NCBI GenBank assembly: GCA_016187515.1
Contig: JACPJN010000008.1
Location: forward strand, 4,525 to 68,524
Source of the DNA: Candidatus Uhrbacteria bacterium
GTDB taxonomy: Bacteria; Patescibacteriota; Patescibacteriia; GWA2-47-26
DNA: 64,000 nt
Reading direction: 5' to 3'
Made by a program: the position numbers and the translations under genes
Notes under the pieces: generated by a model
The model's input: the letters and a program-made list of their open reading frames with translations, nothing else
Databases searched by the model: none
Told to the model about the DNA's origin: nothing
In this document: piece by piece, positions 17,662-28,154 of the stretch
How positions within the stretch are numbered: the stretch's first letter is position 1
How the letters are laid out: each line of letters starts with the position of its first letter

Positions 17662-18429
17662 ATGCTTCCTTATTTTAATACCTCGACTTTTTCGCTCGGT
17701 CCTCTCACCATCCACACCTGGGGTTTTGTGGTGTCTTTGGGATTTTTGGTAGCCATATTGGTGGCCTATCGCCGGGCAAAGCACACTGGACTCAATGCCA
17801 ATCGGGTGCTGGATCTTGCCTTTTGGATAATAGCGCTTGCATTTATCGGCGCGCGGATTTTCCATGTATTTTTTTACGAGTGGGGGTATTTTCAGGATCA
17901 TCTTTTTGAAATCGTTAGGATTGATCAGGGCGGACTATCGTCGTTTGGGGGGTTTATTGGCGCGACAGTAGCATTTATTATATTTACGCGGAAATATCAC
18001 CTGGATCGCTGGAGATACGCCGACCTGCTTATGTTCGCCTGGCCATTGGGCCATGCGCTTGGCCGCATCGGATGTTTTTTAACGCACATGCATCCCGGGC
18101 GATTGAGCAGCGTCTGGTGGGCAGTGCAATATCCGGGCGGCGCGCGGTTGGATATGGGAATGGCCGAGAGTGTCGTGTTATTAAGTTATTGGGTTATTAT
18201 GTTATTAGTTTCACGCAAACACAAACGGTTTGATGGGTTTTATCTTATATCCGGCATGATTTTTTATGGCGCCACGCGTTTCATCTTGGATTTTTTCCGC
18301 GCGACAGATCTGCCGATGTCGGACGCGCGCTATTTGGGATTGACGCCGGCGCAGTATGGCAGTATTGCCCTCGTGATTATCGCGCTGACGATTTGGAAAA
18401 AACGCGCGCAGTGGGTAAAGTCGGCGTAG
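17662..18429 (+). CDS. lgt: prolipoprotein diacylglyceryl transferase
   Basis: Polytopic membrane protein with the Lgt-typical N-terminus (FSLGPLTIHTWGFVVSLGFLVAILVAYRRA) and a conserved G..R..H region. Confidence 0.75.
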   Translation: MLPYFNTSTFSLGPLTIHTWGFVVSLGFLVAILVAYRRAKHTGLNANRVLDLAFWIIALAFIGARIFHVFFYEWGYFQDHLFEIVRIDQGGLSSFGGFIGATVAFIIFTRKYHLDRWRYADLLMFAWPLGHALGRIGCFLTHMHPGRLSSVWWAVQYPGGARLDMGMAESVVLLSYWVIMLLVSRKHKRFDGFYLISGMIFYGATRFILDFFRATDLPMSDARYLGLTPAQYGSIALVIIALTIWKKRAQWVKSA

Positions 18430-18452
18430 CGTGATATACTGAAAATGTTTAA

Positions 18453-18564
18453 GAATTAACACCTGCGCAGGTTCACACGAATATCCACGAATAGACGGCC
18501 GCCGGAAGCGACGGTTTCCTGCGCTGCTCTGGCCAGGCGGCCTTACAAATGAACACGAATAATC
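18453..18564 (+). repeat. ~110-nt element with three CACGAATA direct repeats flanking a GGCCGCC..GGCGGCC stem-loop; inverted second copy at 60074-60189
   Basis: Alignment of 18453-18564 with the reverse complement of 60074-60189 shows conserved flanks and outer stem with a divergent loop. Confidence 0.5.
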
Positions 18565-18597
18565 AATTGTTTAACGGTCTCATACTAATACCTGAAT

Positions 18598-20019
18598 ATG
18601 GCGTTTAAGCCCGGGGTGCACACCCCGACCATTTTTATTGTCCTTGGCGCAACCGGGGATTTGATGGCCAGAAAAGTTCTGCCCGCGCTTTTTAATTTGT
18701 TTGAGACCGGACGGCTTCCCGCGCGTTTTCAAGTAGTGGGTTTTTCGCGGCGTGAGCTCACTACCGCGGCTTTTCAGAAATATGTCGAGGATATTTTGCT
18801 GACGCATAAGGATATTCGGCCAAAACGGACGGCACGGAAGAAATTCATCAAGGCAATCCAGTATGTGCAGGGAAATTTTGATGGGGAGCGCGATTACGAG
18901 CGGCTGGCCAAAAAACTTGCGGAAATTGATAAGCAGTGGGGAATATGTTCCAGTAAATTATTTCATCTGGCGGTGCCGCCCCATCTTTATGAGACGATTC
19001 TAAAGCAGCTGGCCCGTTCCGGACTGACCAAGGGCTGCGGCCCGGATGGCGGATGGATGAAAGTGATTGTTGAAAAACCATTTGGGAAAAATTTTGAAAC
19101 CGCGGAAAAACTGGATACCCTCCTGGGAACGCTGTTTCGCGAAGGCCAGATTTACCGTATTGATCATTATCTGGGAAAGGCCATGATTCATAATATCCTG
19201 GCGTTTCGTTTTTCCAATAAGTTATTTGAAGAGGGCTGGGATCGGGATTCAATCGAGCAGATTAGGATCCGTTTGCTCGAAAATTTGGGCGTGAAAGATC
19301 GGGGCGCGTTTTATGACGGAATCGGCGCGCTTCGGGATGTTGGTCAAAATCATATGCTCCAAATGCTGGCGCTGACCACCATGGATCCGCCGCAGGAATT
19401 TAGCGCCGCGGGGATTCGCCGCAAGCGTTACGAACTCTTAAGCACTTTGCGGCCGTTTACTCGCGCGGCAATAAGAGCGCAGACCTCGCGCGGCCAGTAT
19501 CAAGGATATTCGAAAATAAAGGGAGTGGCCGCCGGATCAAAGACGGAAACATTTTTCAAAATTAACCTGGAGTTGGATGCGCCGCGCTGGAGGGGAGTGC
19601 CGATTACGCTGACGAGCGGAAAATCCATGGGTAGAAATGAAAAAGACATCACCATTGTCTTTAAGCATCCGACGCCGTGTCTGTGTCCCGCGCGCTCCCC
19701 GCATACTTTTCGCAATGAGGTGGTTTTTGAAATAGAACCCGAGGAATCAATTCGCATCCGTTTCTGGGCAAAAAAACCCGGACTGACGATGGAACTGGAG
19801 GAGCGCGAGTTTTATCTGCCGTACCATGAAAAGCGGGTGAGTCGGGTTGAAGAATACGCCAAACTCCTTTATGATTGTATTGCCGGAGACCAGACGCTTT
19901 TTGTCTCCACCGGCGAGGTACAAGCCATGTGGCGTTTTATTGATCCGATTGTGCGCGCCTGGCAAAAAAATTTAGTGCCGCTGGCGTATTATAAATCCGG
20001 TCAGCCGCCGAAATTATAA
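18598..20019 (+). CDS. zwf: glucose-6-phosphate 1-dehydrogenase
   Basis: GATGDLARKV NADP motif, RIDHYLGK active-site motif, EKPFG motif. Confidence 0.9.
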   Translation: MAFKPGVHTPTIFIVLGATGDLMARKVLPALFNLFETGRLPARFQVVGFSRRELTTAAFQKYVEDILLTHKDIRPKRTARKKFIKAIQYVQGNFDGERDYERLAKKLAEIDKQWGICSSKLFHLAVPPHLYETILKQLARSGLTKGCGPDGGWMKVIVEKPFGKNFETAEKLDTLLGTLFREGQIYRIDHYLGKAMIHNILAFRFSNKLFEEGWDRDSIEQIRIRLLENLGVKDRGAFYDGIGALRDVGQNHMLQMLALTTMDPPQEFSAAGIRRKRYELLSTLRPFTRAAIRAQTSRGQYQGYSKIKGVAAGSKTETFFKINLELDAPRWRGVPITLTSGKSMGRNEKDITIVFKHPTPCLCPARSPHTFRNEVVFEIEPEESIRIRFWAKKPGLTMELEEREFYLPYHEKRVSRVEEYAKLLYDCIAGDQTLFVSTGEVQAMWRFIDPIVRAWQKNLVPLAYYKSGQPPKL

Positions 20020-20031
20020 ATCCAGAACAAT

Positions 20032-20958
20032 ATGCGTAAGGAAATTGGCCTGATTGGGCTGGGAAAAATGGGAGCAGGATTGGCGCGCAATCTGCGCGGC
20101 CAGGGCTGGCAGGTGGTCGCCTTTAATCGTACGGCGCAGGTCACCCGCGCTATGGAACAAGAAGGGATTATTGGCGCCTACCATCTTGAGGGGTTGGTCC
20201 AGAAGCTAAAGGCGCCGCGGGTGGTGTGGCTCATGCTCCCCAGCGGAAAGCCGGTGGATGAGATGATCTTTGGTAAAGTTGGTCTGATACATCTCCTTTC
20301 CAAAGGTGATACAATTGTTGACGGAGCTAATTCCTATTTTAAGGATACGCAGGCGCGCTATAAAAAAATCGCCAAGACCGGAATTCGTTTTATTGATGTC
20401 GGTGTTTCCGGCGGCCCGGGAGGGGCCAGAGGCGGCGCGTGCATTATGGTCGGCGGGCCGAAAAAGTTATTTAAAGAACTTGAACCGCTGTTTCGGGACT
20501 TATCCGTGCCGGAAGGGTACGCGCATTTTGAAGGACTGGGCGCCGGACATTTTGTAAAAATGGTCCATAACGGCATTGAGTATGGCATGATGCAAGCGCT
20601 GGCCGAGGGGTTTGCGGTACTCAAGAAATCGCCATATCATATTGACCTAAAACGCGCCGCCGGTATTTACAATCGCGGTAGTGTAATTGAATCGCGTTTG
20701 GTTGGTTGGCTTAATAGCGCCTTTAAAGAATTCGGGATTGATTTAAAAGGGGTGGATGGTGCGGTCGGATATACCGGAGAAGGCGAGTGGACCGTAAAAA
20801 TCGCGAAAAAATTACAGGTCGCGGTTCCAATTCTCGAAGGATCTTTTAAGTTTAGAGTTGGATCGCAAAAAAATCCAAGTTATACCGGGAAATTGCTATC
20901 GGCGATGCGCAATCAATTCGGCGGTCATGCGCTTAAAAAAGCGCCGATACGGCATTAG
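20032..20958 (+). CDS. gnd: 6-phosphogluconate dehydrogenase, decarboxylating (short YqeC-like form)
   Basis: N-terminal Rossmann IGLIGLGKMGAGLARNL. Length and context (zwf-gnd-tal operon). Confidence 0.7.
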   Translation: MRKEIGLIGLGKMGAGLARNLRGQGWQVVAFNRTAQVTRAMEQEGIIGAYHLEGLVQKLKAPRVVWLMLPSGKPVDEMIFGKVGLIHLLSKGDTIVDGANSYFKDTQARYKKIAKTGIRFIDVGVSGGPGGARGGACIMVGGPKKLFKELEPLFRDLSVPEGYAHFEGLGAGHFVKMVHNGIEYGMMQALAEGFAVLKKSPYHIDLKRAAGIYNRGSVIESRLVGWLNSAFKEFGIDLKGVDGAVGYTGEGEWTVKIAKKLQVAVPILEGSFKFRVGSQKNPSYTGKLLSAMRNQFGGHALKKAPIRH

Positions 20959-20973
20959 TATAGGACATAAGAT

Positions 20974-21843
20974 ATGAAACCGGCAAATCTACGGACGAAA
21001 ATATTTCTTGATGGGGGAGATCCGGAGGAGACGCGCGAGATTATTGAGTTACTCGGATTTTTGGATGGACAAACCACTAATCCGACGCTGATTGCCAAAA
21101 ATCCGGAAGCAAAAGCGCGACTCGCGCGTGGGGGAAAATTTACGGAAAAAGAAATTTATGATTTTTATCGCGGCGTGGTAAAAGAAATATCGGTCATGAT
21201 CCCGGACGGCTCGGTGTCAATCGAGGTATACGCGGATGCTGCGACGCGTGCCGAGGATATGTTGAAGCAGGGGCGCGAATTTTTTGCGTGGGTACCCAAT
21301 GCCCATATTAAATATCCGACCACAAAAGCGGGGCTAGAAGCGGCGCAGCAGTCGGTCAAAGAGGGCCTGCGGGTGAATATGACGCTTTGTTTTTCGCAAG
21401 AACAGGCCGCAGCGGTGTATGCGGCAACACGAGGAGCCAAAAAGGGGCAAGTGTTTGTTTCGCCATTTGTAGGGCGGCTGGATGATAAGGGAGAAAACGG
21501 CATGGAGTTGATTGCCAATATTGTGCGGATGTACAAGGAAGGTGATGGACACACGGAAATTCTGACTGCCAGCGTGCGCACGCTGGAGCACTTTCTGTAT
21601 GCACTGGCGCTTAAATCTGATATAATTACTGCGCCGGCAAAAACCCTGCGCGAGTGGGCGGAAAAGGAGATGCCGGTGCCGCCGGAGGATTATGTTTATA
21701 ATGCGGGCGCACTCCAGGCGATTGCATACCAAAGCATCGCGCTGACGAAACCGTGGCAGGAATATAATATCGCGCACGCGCTTACGGATGCGGGGATTGC
21801 GAAATTTGCCGAGGATTGGAATGGATTGATAGCGAGTAAGTGA
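20974..21843 (+). CDS. tal: transaldolase family protein
   Basis: KIFLDGGDPEETREI...GQTTNPTLI matches the transaldolase/FSA N-terminal signature. Third gene of the pentose-phosphate operon. Confidence 0.7.
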   Translation: MKPANLRTKIFLDGGDPEETREIIELLGFLDGQTTNPTLIAKNPEAKARLARGGKFTEKEIYDFYRGVVKEISVMIPDGSVSIEVYADAATRAEDMLKQGREFFAWVPNAHIKYPTTKAGLEAAQQSVKEGLRVNMTLCFSQEQAAAVYAATRGAKKGQVFVSPFVGRLDDKGENGMELIANIVRMYKEGDGHTEILTASVRTLEHFLYALALKSDIITAPAKTLREWAEKEMPVPPEDYVYNAGALQAIAYQSIALTKPWQEYNIAHALTDAGIAKFAEDWNGLIASK

Positions 21844-21880
21844 GTAAGTGAGTAAGTGAATAAGTTGTAAGTAGTAGGTT

Positions 21881-22237
21881 ATGTTGGTCAAAACTTTTAA
21901 CGACATTATCGCGTGGCAGAAAGCGCATGAGCTGGCACTTGCAGTCTACAGAATTACCGAGAAGTTTCCGAAAACCGAAATCTTTGGATTAGTGAGTCAG
22001 ATGCGAAGGTGCGGGGTGTCGATCCCGTCAAATATCGCGGAAGGATTTAAAAGAAAATCAAAAAATGATTCAGTACATTTTTACAACATCGCGGAGGGAT
22101 CATTGGAAGAATTGAAGTATCAATTACTTTTGTCTTCAGATTTAGGTTATATTTCAAAGGAGGTCTATCAACAAATGAGCGCAATTGCGGACGAAACCGG
22201 TAAATTGTTGAATGGTTGGAAGAGGGCTCAAAAATGA
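21881..22237 (+). CDS. four-helix-bundle protein (23S rRNA intervening-sequence protein family)
   Basis: 118 aa. ..AWQKAHELALAVYRITEKFPKTEIFGLVSQMRRCGVSIPSNIAEG.. is typical of this family. Flanked by inverted GTAAGTGAATAAGT-type repeats. Confidence 0.75.
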   Translation: MLVKTFNDIIAWQKAHELALAVYRITEKFPKTEIFGLVSQMRRCGVSIPSNIAEGFKRKSKNDSVHFYNIAEGSLEELKYQLLLSSDLGYISKEVYQQMSAIADETGKLLNGWKRAQK

Positions 22238-22287
22238 ACTGCCTCACGACTTACCCACTTACCACTTATTCACTTATACACTGATCT

Positions 22288-23247
22288 ATGATGGACCAAG
22301 CAATTCGTGATTTTCCAAAACAATTTAAGTTTCGTCTCAAGATTGAGGGCGGCAAAGTTAAAAAATATAAAAAATTTTTGGTCTGCGGCATGGGCGGTTC
22401 AGGCCAGCCGCCGCAAGTGCTCAATAGCATTGCGCCGGAGCTGGATATTGTCGTGCACAAGGATTACGGATTGCCCGCCGGGGATCTGCGAAAGACGCTG
22501 GTGATCGCAATGTCATATTCTGGAGAAACCGAGGAAACTATTTCTGCTCTTGAGGAGGCAAAAGAAAAAGGCCTGCCGGCCGCAGTCGTGGCAACCGGCG
22601 GAACGCTTATCGCGCGCGCCAAGCAGTACGGGTTTCCGTATGTGCAAATTCCCAATACCGGTATTCAGCCGCGCACCGCGACCGGCTTGTTGTATTGCGC
22701 GCTTCTAAAACTCATGAAACAGAATGAGCTGTTGCGCGCCTGCCGCGATCTTGCAAAAACGCTGGGGCGTTCCGATGAAGAAGCGCGCGGAAAAGAACTC
22801 GCGCGGACACTGCAGGGCACAGTTCCACTGATCTACGCCTCCAGCCGGAATTTTCCGTTGGCCTATATGTGGAAGATTAAGTTCAATGAGACCGGAAAAA
22901 TTCCCGCGTTTTACAATGTATTTCCGGAATTAAATCATAACGAAATGACCGCGTTTGACATTAAAGACGCCACGCGCGGACTTTCGGAAAAATTTCATTT
23001 TATATTTTTGACCGATTCTACGGATTTACAAAAGAACCAAACTCGCATGGATGTTACGACAAAACTTTACCAGGATCGGGGATTGCGCGTGAGTACGATC
23101 ATGCTTTCCGGTGAAAACCGGCAAGCGCGCGTTTTTTCCGCCCTTATTTTGGGCGATTGGACCGCATTTTATACCGCGCAGCTGTATGGGCTGGAGGCGG
23201 AACAGGTGCCAATGGTGGAGGAGTTTAAATTATTGATGAGGAATTAG
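22288..23247 (+). CDS. SIS-domain bifunctional phosphoglucose/phosphomannose isomerase
   Basis: FLVCGMGGSGQ SIS motif. ~320 aa archaeal-type PGI/PMI architecture. Confidence 0.6.
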   Translation: MMDQAIRDFPKQFKFRLKIEGGKVKKYKKFLVCGMGGSGQPPQVLNSIAPELDIVVHKDYGLPAGDLRKTLVIAMSYSGETEETISALEEAKEKGLPAAVVATGGTLIARAKQYGFPYVQIPNTGIQPRTATGLLYCALLKLMKQNELLRACRDLAKTLGRSDEEARGKELARTLQGTVPLIYASSRNFPLAYMWKIKFNETGKIPAFYNVFPELNHNEMTAFDIKDATRGLSEKFHFIFLTDSTDLQKNQTRMDVTTKLYQDRGLRVSTIMLSGENRQARVFSALILGDWTAFYTAQLYGLEAEQVPMVEEFKLLMRN

Positions 23248-23262
23248 TGAAAGTGTATAAAC

Positions 23263-23420
23263 AGACCCCCTCTCACTCCCCCTTGAAAAGGGGTAGAAAA
23301 CGGCGGGACCCCCTCTAACTCCCCCTCGGAGAGGGGGAGAAGCGATCCGATTTCCTCCCCTTACCAAGGGGAGGTTAGGAGGGGTCTAACCGAGAGGGGG
23401 AGATCAGGAGGGGGTGGGAG
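23263..23420. repeat. two adjacent copies of the family-2 GC-rich palindromic element (GACCCCCTCTCACTCCCCCTTGAAAAGGGG.. / ..CCTCTAACTCCCCCTCGGAGAGGGGGAG..TTTCCTCCCCTTACCAAGGGGAGGTTAGGAGGGGTC)
   Basis: Intergenic, between the PGI stop and the cyclase gene. Same family as 50733-50810 and 58918-59000. Confidence 0.65.
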
Positions 23421-23429
23421 CAATTTCCT

Positions 23430-24059
23430 ATGAAAATTATCGACATTTCCGTGCCGCTCTATCCCGGCATGGCCACCTATCCGGGGGACCCCACCGTGGA
23501 ATTCAGACCGTGGCCCGGAAAGGATTGGGCGCTGACCGAGATTACTTTAGGAACGCATACCGGCACCCACGCGGATGCGCCCCGGCATGTATTTAAAAAT
23601 GGCGCGCGAATTGATGAATTGCCGCTTGAAAAATTTGTCGGCCCTTGCCGCGTACTGGATATGACCCATGTAAAGCACGCAATCGAACTGCGCGATCTCC
23701 AGGCGGCGCGGATTAAAAAAGGTGAGCGGATTCTTGTAAAAACGCGCAACTCGCTTCGGTCGCCAGAAGTGTTTCGCCCGGATTATGTGTATCTTTCCGG
23801 CGACGCAACGCAGTATCTGGCGAAATTGCCGATCACGCTTTTTGGAATTGACGCGTTTTCGGTAAAACAGCGCGGAAGCGGCGATCGGCGGCCGCATACG
23901 GTGTTGCTAAAGAAAAAGATTGTGATTTTGGAGCGGCTGGCGCTTCAGTCCGTCAAAGCCGGAGCATATTTTTTGGCGGCGCTTCCGCTTCGGTTGCGCG
24001 GATTGGACGGATCGCCGGTACGCGCGATATTACTGCAAGGAAAGGGGGTGAGCATATGA
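23430..24059 (+). CDS. cyclase family protein / kynurenine formamidase-like
   Basis: HTGTHADAPRH metal-binding motif of the putative cyclase (arylformamidase) family. Confidence 0.7.
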   Translation: MKIIDISVPLYPGMATYPGDPTVEFRPWPGKDWALTEITLGTHTGTHADAPRHVFKNGARIDELPLEKFVGPCRVLDMTHVKHAIELRDLQAARIKKGERILVKTRNSLRSPEVFRPDYVYLSGDATQYLAKLPITLFGIDAFSVKQRGSGDRRPHTVLLKKKIVILERLALQSVKAGAYFLAALPLRLRGLDGSPVRAILLQGKGVSI

Positions 24060-24514
24060 AAGGTCTTTTGTGTGGAAAAAGTTCCGTAAGTTGCGGAGAG
24101 TGGGGACTGCTTATACTTCGGGTGGCAGTTGGCTTGGTATTTTTTGCGCATGGGGCGCAGAAACTGCTCGGTTGGTTTGGCGGGCCGGGTATTGCCGGAA
24201 CCGCCGGTTTTCTTGGCCAGCTGGGATTTGCCGGCGCCGGATTCTGGGCTTGGGCGCTTGCGCTGGCGGAATTTTTCGGCGGCCTGGGATTGATTTTAGG
24301 ATTATGTACGGGCATTGCGGCGATTCTCCTTGGTATTGTTATGCTAGTCGCGCTCTTTACCGTGCATCTCAAAAACGGGTTTTTTGCTCCCGGCGGTATT
24401 GAATATGTGCTAGTACTGCTGGCCGCGGCTGCCGCGCTTGGTCTGGCCGGTCCGGGAAAATGGGCTCTTGGCGAGCGCCTCGGTTGTGATCGAAATAAGA
24501 ATGTGCTAAGCTAG
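24056..24514 (+). CDS. DoxX family membrane protein
   Basis: Four TM helices. VGLVFFAHGAQKLLGWFGG motif. Confidence 0.6.
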   Translation: MKGLLCGKSSVSCGEWGLLILRVAVGLVFFAHGAQKLLGWFGGPGIAGTAGFLGQLGFAGAGFWAWALALAEFFGGLGLILGLCTGIAAILLGIVMLVALFTVHLKNGFFAPGGIEYVLVLLAAAAALGLAGPGKWALGERLGCDRNKNVLS

Positions 24515-24523
24515 GGTTGCGCT

Positions 24524-25051
24524 ATGGAACCGCATATTATCAGCAAAAAAGCCATTGCGTTTTTGCGCAATCTGGTTTTTGGCGTAGAAGACAGTTTGGT
24601 GTCCACCGTGGGCCTGCTTTCCGGAATTGCCGTGGCCGGAACTTCGCGCGACACGATTTTCCTTACCGGGGTAGTGCTTATTTTTGTGGAGGCGTTTTCC
24701 ATGGGGGTGGGCAGTTTTATCTCGGAGCATGCGGTAGAAAGCTATGCCAGCAAAGAAAGCAAATCGAATGCCGATCACAGCCATACAAAACTCGGGGGGA
24801 TTGTGATGTTTTTCTCATATTTTGTAGCTGGCTTTATCCCGTTGTTTCCCTATATGGTCACCGAGGTTAAACGCGCTTTCCCATTTTCTATCCTGATTTC
24901 ACTGTTGGCGCTTTTTGGACTCGGAATTTTGACCGGTAAACTGTTTCGTCTTAATATCTGGTCCCGCGGTTGGCAAATGCTGATCCTGGGCGGGATCGCC
25001 ATTGCGCTCGGCATCATCGTTGGAAAAGGCGTGGAAGTATTTCTTGGGTAG
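24524..25051 (+). CDS. VIT1/CCC1-family (DUF125) membrane protein, putative Fe/Mn transporter
   Basis: GVEDSLVSTVGLLSGIA and EAFSMGVGSFISE motifs. Confidence 0.55.
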   Translation: MEPHIISKKAIAFLRNLVFGVEDSLVSTVGLLSGIAVAGTSRDTIFLTGVVLIFVEAFSMGVGSFISEHAVESYASKESKSNADHSHTKLGGIVMFFSYFVAGFIPLFPYMVTEVKRAFPFSILISLLALFGLGILTGKLFRLNIWSRGWQMLILGGIAIALGIIVGKGVEVFLG

Positions 25052-25062
25052 GTTTAAGGATT

Positions 25063-26886
25063 ATGACTGCAACTGAAGATATCAAGGCCCGCCTTGATAT
25101 CGTTGACGTTATCAATACTTACGTTCCCCTTAAACGCGCCGGAGTAAATTTCTCCGGCCGCTGTCCTTTTCATTCGGAAAAAACCCCCTCCTTCATGGTT
25201 TCGCGATCCAAACAGCTTTGGTATTGTTTTGGCGCGTGCAGTGAGGGCGGCGATATTTTCAAATTTGTAATGAAGATGGAGGGGCTGGAATTTTTGGAAG
25301 CGCTGAAATTGCTGGCGGATAAAGCCGGAGTGGTCTTGCCCAAATATGACCGCGCGCGAGACGCGCGGCGCAATGTGCTTTTGGATATCGTAAAAACCGC
25401 CGTAGAGATATACGCGCGCGAACTGAACAGTCCGCGCGGAAATTTTGCCCTTGAATATCTGAAGCGGCGCGGATTAGACCAAGCCGTAACCCGTCAGTTT
25501 GCGCTGGGGTACGCGCCGGATACCTGGGATACGCTTACCAAAGCGCTTTTGGAGAAATTTAAACCCGCGGATATCCTGGCCTCTGGAGTGGTAATCAAGA
25601 GTGAGCGCAACCAGGGCTTATATGATCGGTTTCGCCATCGGCTAATGTTTCCAATTTGCGATATTCATGGCAATCCGGTTGGATTTACCAGCCGGATTCT
25701 TGATGAGACCAGAAAGGAGGGGAAATATGTCAATACGCCGGAGACCCTGATATACAGCAAGGGTAAGGTTCTTTATGGGCTTAATCTGGCCCGCGAGGCG
25801 ATTCGCGCGCAGGACTGCGCGATGGTGGTGGAAGGAAACATGGATGTAATCGCTTGCCATCAATTCGGCATTGCTAATGTCGTCGCCTCCTCCGGCACGG
25901 CGCTTACGATTGACCAAGCTCGGCTGCTTAAGCGTTATACGCAGAATTTAAAAATTGCGTTTGACGCGGATCCGGCCGGGCAAAGCGCGGCCCGGCGCGG
26001 CATTGACGTGATCTTGCAGGAAGGCATGCGGGTCAAGATTATTACATTTCCGGAGGGGTGCGGCAAGGATCCGGACGAGTGCATCCGGAAGAGTAAGCCG
26101 GTTTTTGAAAGCGCGGTTTTAGAAGCCCGGGAGATTATGGAATATTATATCACGCGAGCGCTGGGTCAGTATGATATTAAAGGGGCCGAGGGACAATCGA
26201 AGTTTGCCAATCTAATGCTGCGCGAGATTCTCAAAGTAACGGACCTTATTGAGCAGGATTTTTGGTTAAAACGCATTGCGGAAATTTGCAAGGCCGATGA
26301 AAAAGTACTGCGCGCGCAACTGGCGCGTTTGAACACCCCGCCGTTGCGCGGATCCAGAAATGCTTCCGCGGAAGTATTGCCGAGTGCGGTTCGTCCGCCA
26401 AAAGCGCGGCTGGAACTTTTGTCCGAGCGAATTCTCGCGATATTTTTGCTTTCGCCGCAAGCGGCCGCGGATGGGCTGGCCTTGATCACCGCGGAGATGC
26501 TGGCGCCCCAGGTCTTGCGGGAACTTTACACCCGAGTTACTTTAGGATATAATGCGTATAATTCAATACCCAGGTCAGGCAATGCCGACCTAAACTTCCG
26601 CCAGTTTTGGCGAAATTGGGCCATAAAAGAGCCCCCCGACATTTTATCCACAGCCGATATCCTCGAACTCCTTGCGGATAAGGAGTTTGAAGGATGGTCT
26701 TTGCTTCAATTGAAGCACGAGGCAGAATTTATTATTGAAGAGGTGCGCCGCGAATATACCAAAGTTCGGCGGGCGAAACTGCGCGAGGCGATGAGTCAGG
26801 CCGAGCGTTTTGGCAATCATGCTCGCGCGGCAGAGCTTGCGCGGGAATTTAATGTGTTGCAAGCGGATACCACGAATAAAACGTAG
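25063..26886 (+). CDS. dnaG: DNA primase DnaG; start reassigned to the ATG at 25063
   Basis: CHC2 zinc finger [21 protein letters not shown] region (VEGNMDVIA). Upstream of rpoD, the classic operon. Confidence 0.9.
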   Translation: MTATEDIKARLDIVDVINTYVPLKRAGVNFSGRCPFHSEKTPSFMVSRSKQLWYCFGACSEGGDIFKFVMKMEGLEFLEALKLLADKAGVVLPKYDRARDARRNVLLDIVKTAVEIYARELNSPRGNFALEYLKRRGLDQAVTRQFALGYAPDTWDTLTKALLEKFKPADILASGVVIKSERNQGLYDRFRHRLMFPICDIHGNPVGFTSRILDETRKEGKYVNTPETLIYSKGKVLYGLNLAREAIRAQDCAMVVEGNMDVIACHQFGIANVVASSGTALTIDQARLLKRYTQNLKIAFDADPAGQSAARRGIDVILQEGMRVKIITFPEGCGKDPDECIRKSKPVFESAVLEAREIMEYYITRALGQYDIKGAEGQSKFANLMLREILKVTDLIEQDFWLKRIAEICKADEKVLRAQLARLNTPPLRGSRNASAEVLPSAVRPPKARLELLSERILAIFLLSPQAAADGLALITAEMLAPQVLRELYTRVTLGYNAYNSIPRSGNADLNFRQFWRNWAIKEPPDILSTADILELLADKEFEGWSLLQLKHEAEFIIEEVRREYTKVRRAKLREAMSQAERFGNHARAAELAREFNVLQADTTNKT

Positions 26887-26954
26887 CGGCGGCAAAAGCA
26901 CCGCATAAGCGCGGGGTAACTTTTTGTTTTGATTTTTTAATCGGGGTTCTACTA

Positions 26955-28124
26955 TTGGGTATGGTTAAAAAGAAAAGCACTAAGCAAAAAAAAGTCCCGG
27001 CGAAAAAACTCGGACGCCGGCCAAAAGTCCTGCCGCCCTCCGAAGCGGTGATCGCGCACGCGGTCGCGAAGGCGCGCCTGCGCGGGTTTATTACAGAAAC
27101 CGAATTGCTTTACGTGTTTACGGACTTGGAAGAATACCTGGCGGTCTATGAGGCGTTTTTGGATCGCCTGGACGAGCAGGGAATTATTGTGGTGGAGACG
27201 CGCGAGTCGCTGCTGGGGGCGCGTCCCCAGCAGGTCCCGGGCGCGCCCGCTATTCCAAAATTATCCGGAAAAGGGACGGTGGTAACCGACGCCGGCGAAA
27301 TAATGACTGATTCGGTTCAGGTGTATCTTCGAGAAATCGGCAAGATCCCGCTTTTAACTTCGGAAGAGGAAGTGGCGTTGGCGAAAAGAAAGGAACGCGG
27401 GGAAAAAGAGGCGGAGAAGCGGCTGATTGAGGCAAATTTGCGCTTAGTAGTATCGATCGCGAAAAAATTCGTGGGGAAAAGTCTTTCACTTTTAGATCTT
27501 ATTCAAGAGGGCAATGTGGGACTTTTTCGAGCGGTCCGAAAATTTGAATATCGCAAAGGATACAAATTCTCCACTTACGCGACTTGGTGGATTCGCCAAG
27601 CGATCACGCGCGCGCTCGCCGATCAATCGCGCACCATTCGAATCCCGGTGCACATGGTGGAGACGATCAACCGGTTTCAGACGATTGAGCGGCAGTTGAT
27701 TCAAGACCTTGGACGCGAACCGCTTCCCGAGGAAATCGCGGCCGAAATGGGCGAATCGGTGGAAAAGATCAATTACATTATTAAAATCTCGCAGGACACC
27801 GTCTCCTTGGAGACCTCGGTGGGGGATGATGAAGAGGATTCCACTTTGCTGGATTTTCTTGAAGATGTGCGGACGGTTGCGCCGGATCGTTCAGCCGCCC
27901 AGCAATTGCTGCGCGACTATGTTAAGGCGGCGATTTACGATCTTAGTTCGCGCGAGCAGAAAATTTTGGAGATGCGTTTTGGACTAACGGACGGCGTAAC
28001 CCATACGCTTGAAGAAGTCGGTCGGGAGTTTGACGTAACCCGCGAACGCATCCGTCAAATTGAGGCCAAAGCGCTTGACAAAATCCGCGGACACGCTATG
28101 CTGGAGAAGTTGAAAGATTACTAG
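26955..28124 (+). CDS. rpoD: RNA polymerase primary sigma factor (sigma-70)
   Basis: Region 2 ([40 protein letters not shown]), region 3, and region 4 HTH ([24 protein letters not shown]). Confidence 0.9.
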   Translation: MGMVKKKSTKQKKVPAKKLGRRPKVLPPSEAVIAHAVAKARLRGFITETELLYVFTDLEEYLAVYEAFLDRLDEQGIIVVETRESLLGARPQQVPGAPAIPKLSGKGTVVTDAGEIMTDSVQVYLREIGKIPLLTSEEEVALAKRKERGEKEAEKRLIEANLRLVVSIAKKFVGKSLSLLDLIQEGNVGLFRAVRKFEYRKGYKFSTYATWWIRQAITRALADQSRTIRIPVHMVETINRFQTIERQLIQDLGREPLPEEIAAEMGESVEKINYIIKISQDTVSLETSVGDDEEDSTLLDFLEDVRTVAPDRSAAQQLLRDYVKAAIYDLSSREQKILEMRFGLTDGVTHTLEEVGREFDVTRERIRQIEAKALDKIRGHAMLEKLKDY

Positions 28125-28154
28125 AATGCGGAGCAGTGGCGAAGAACAGCGAAT

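Noticed and set aside
18470-18500. DnaA boxes or replication origin in the CACGAATA element
   Set aside because: ATATCCACG differs from TTATCCACA at key positions. No AT-rich unwinding region or dnaA gene context.
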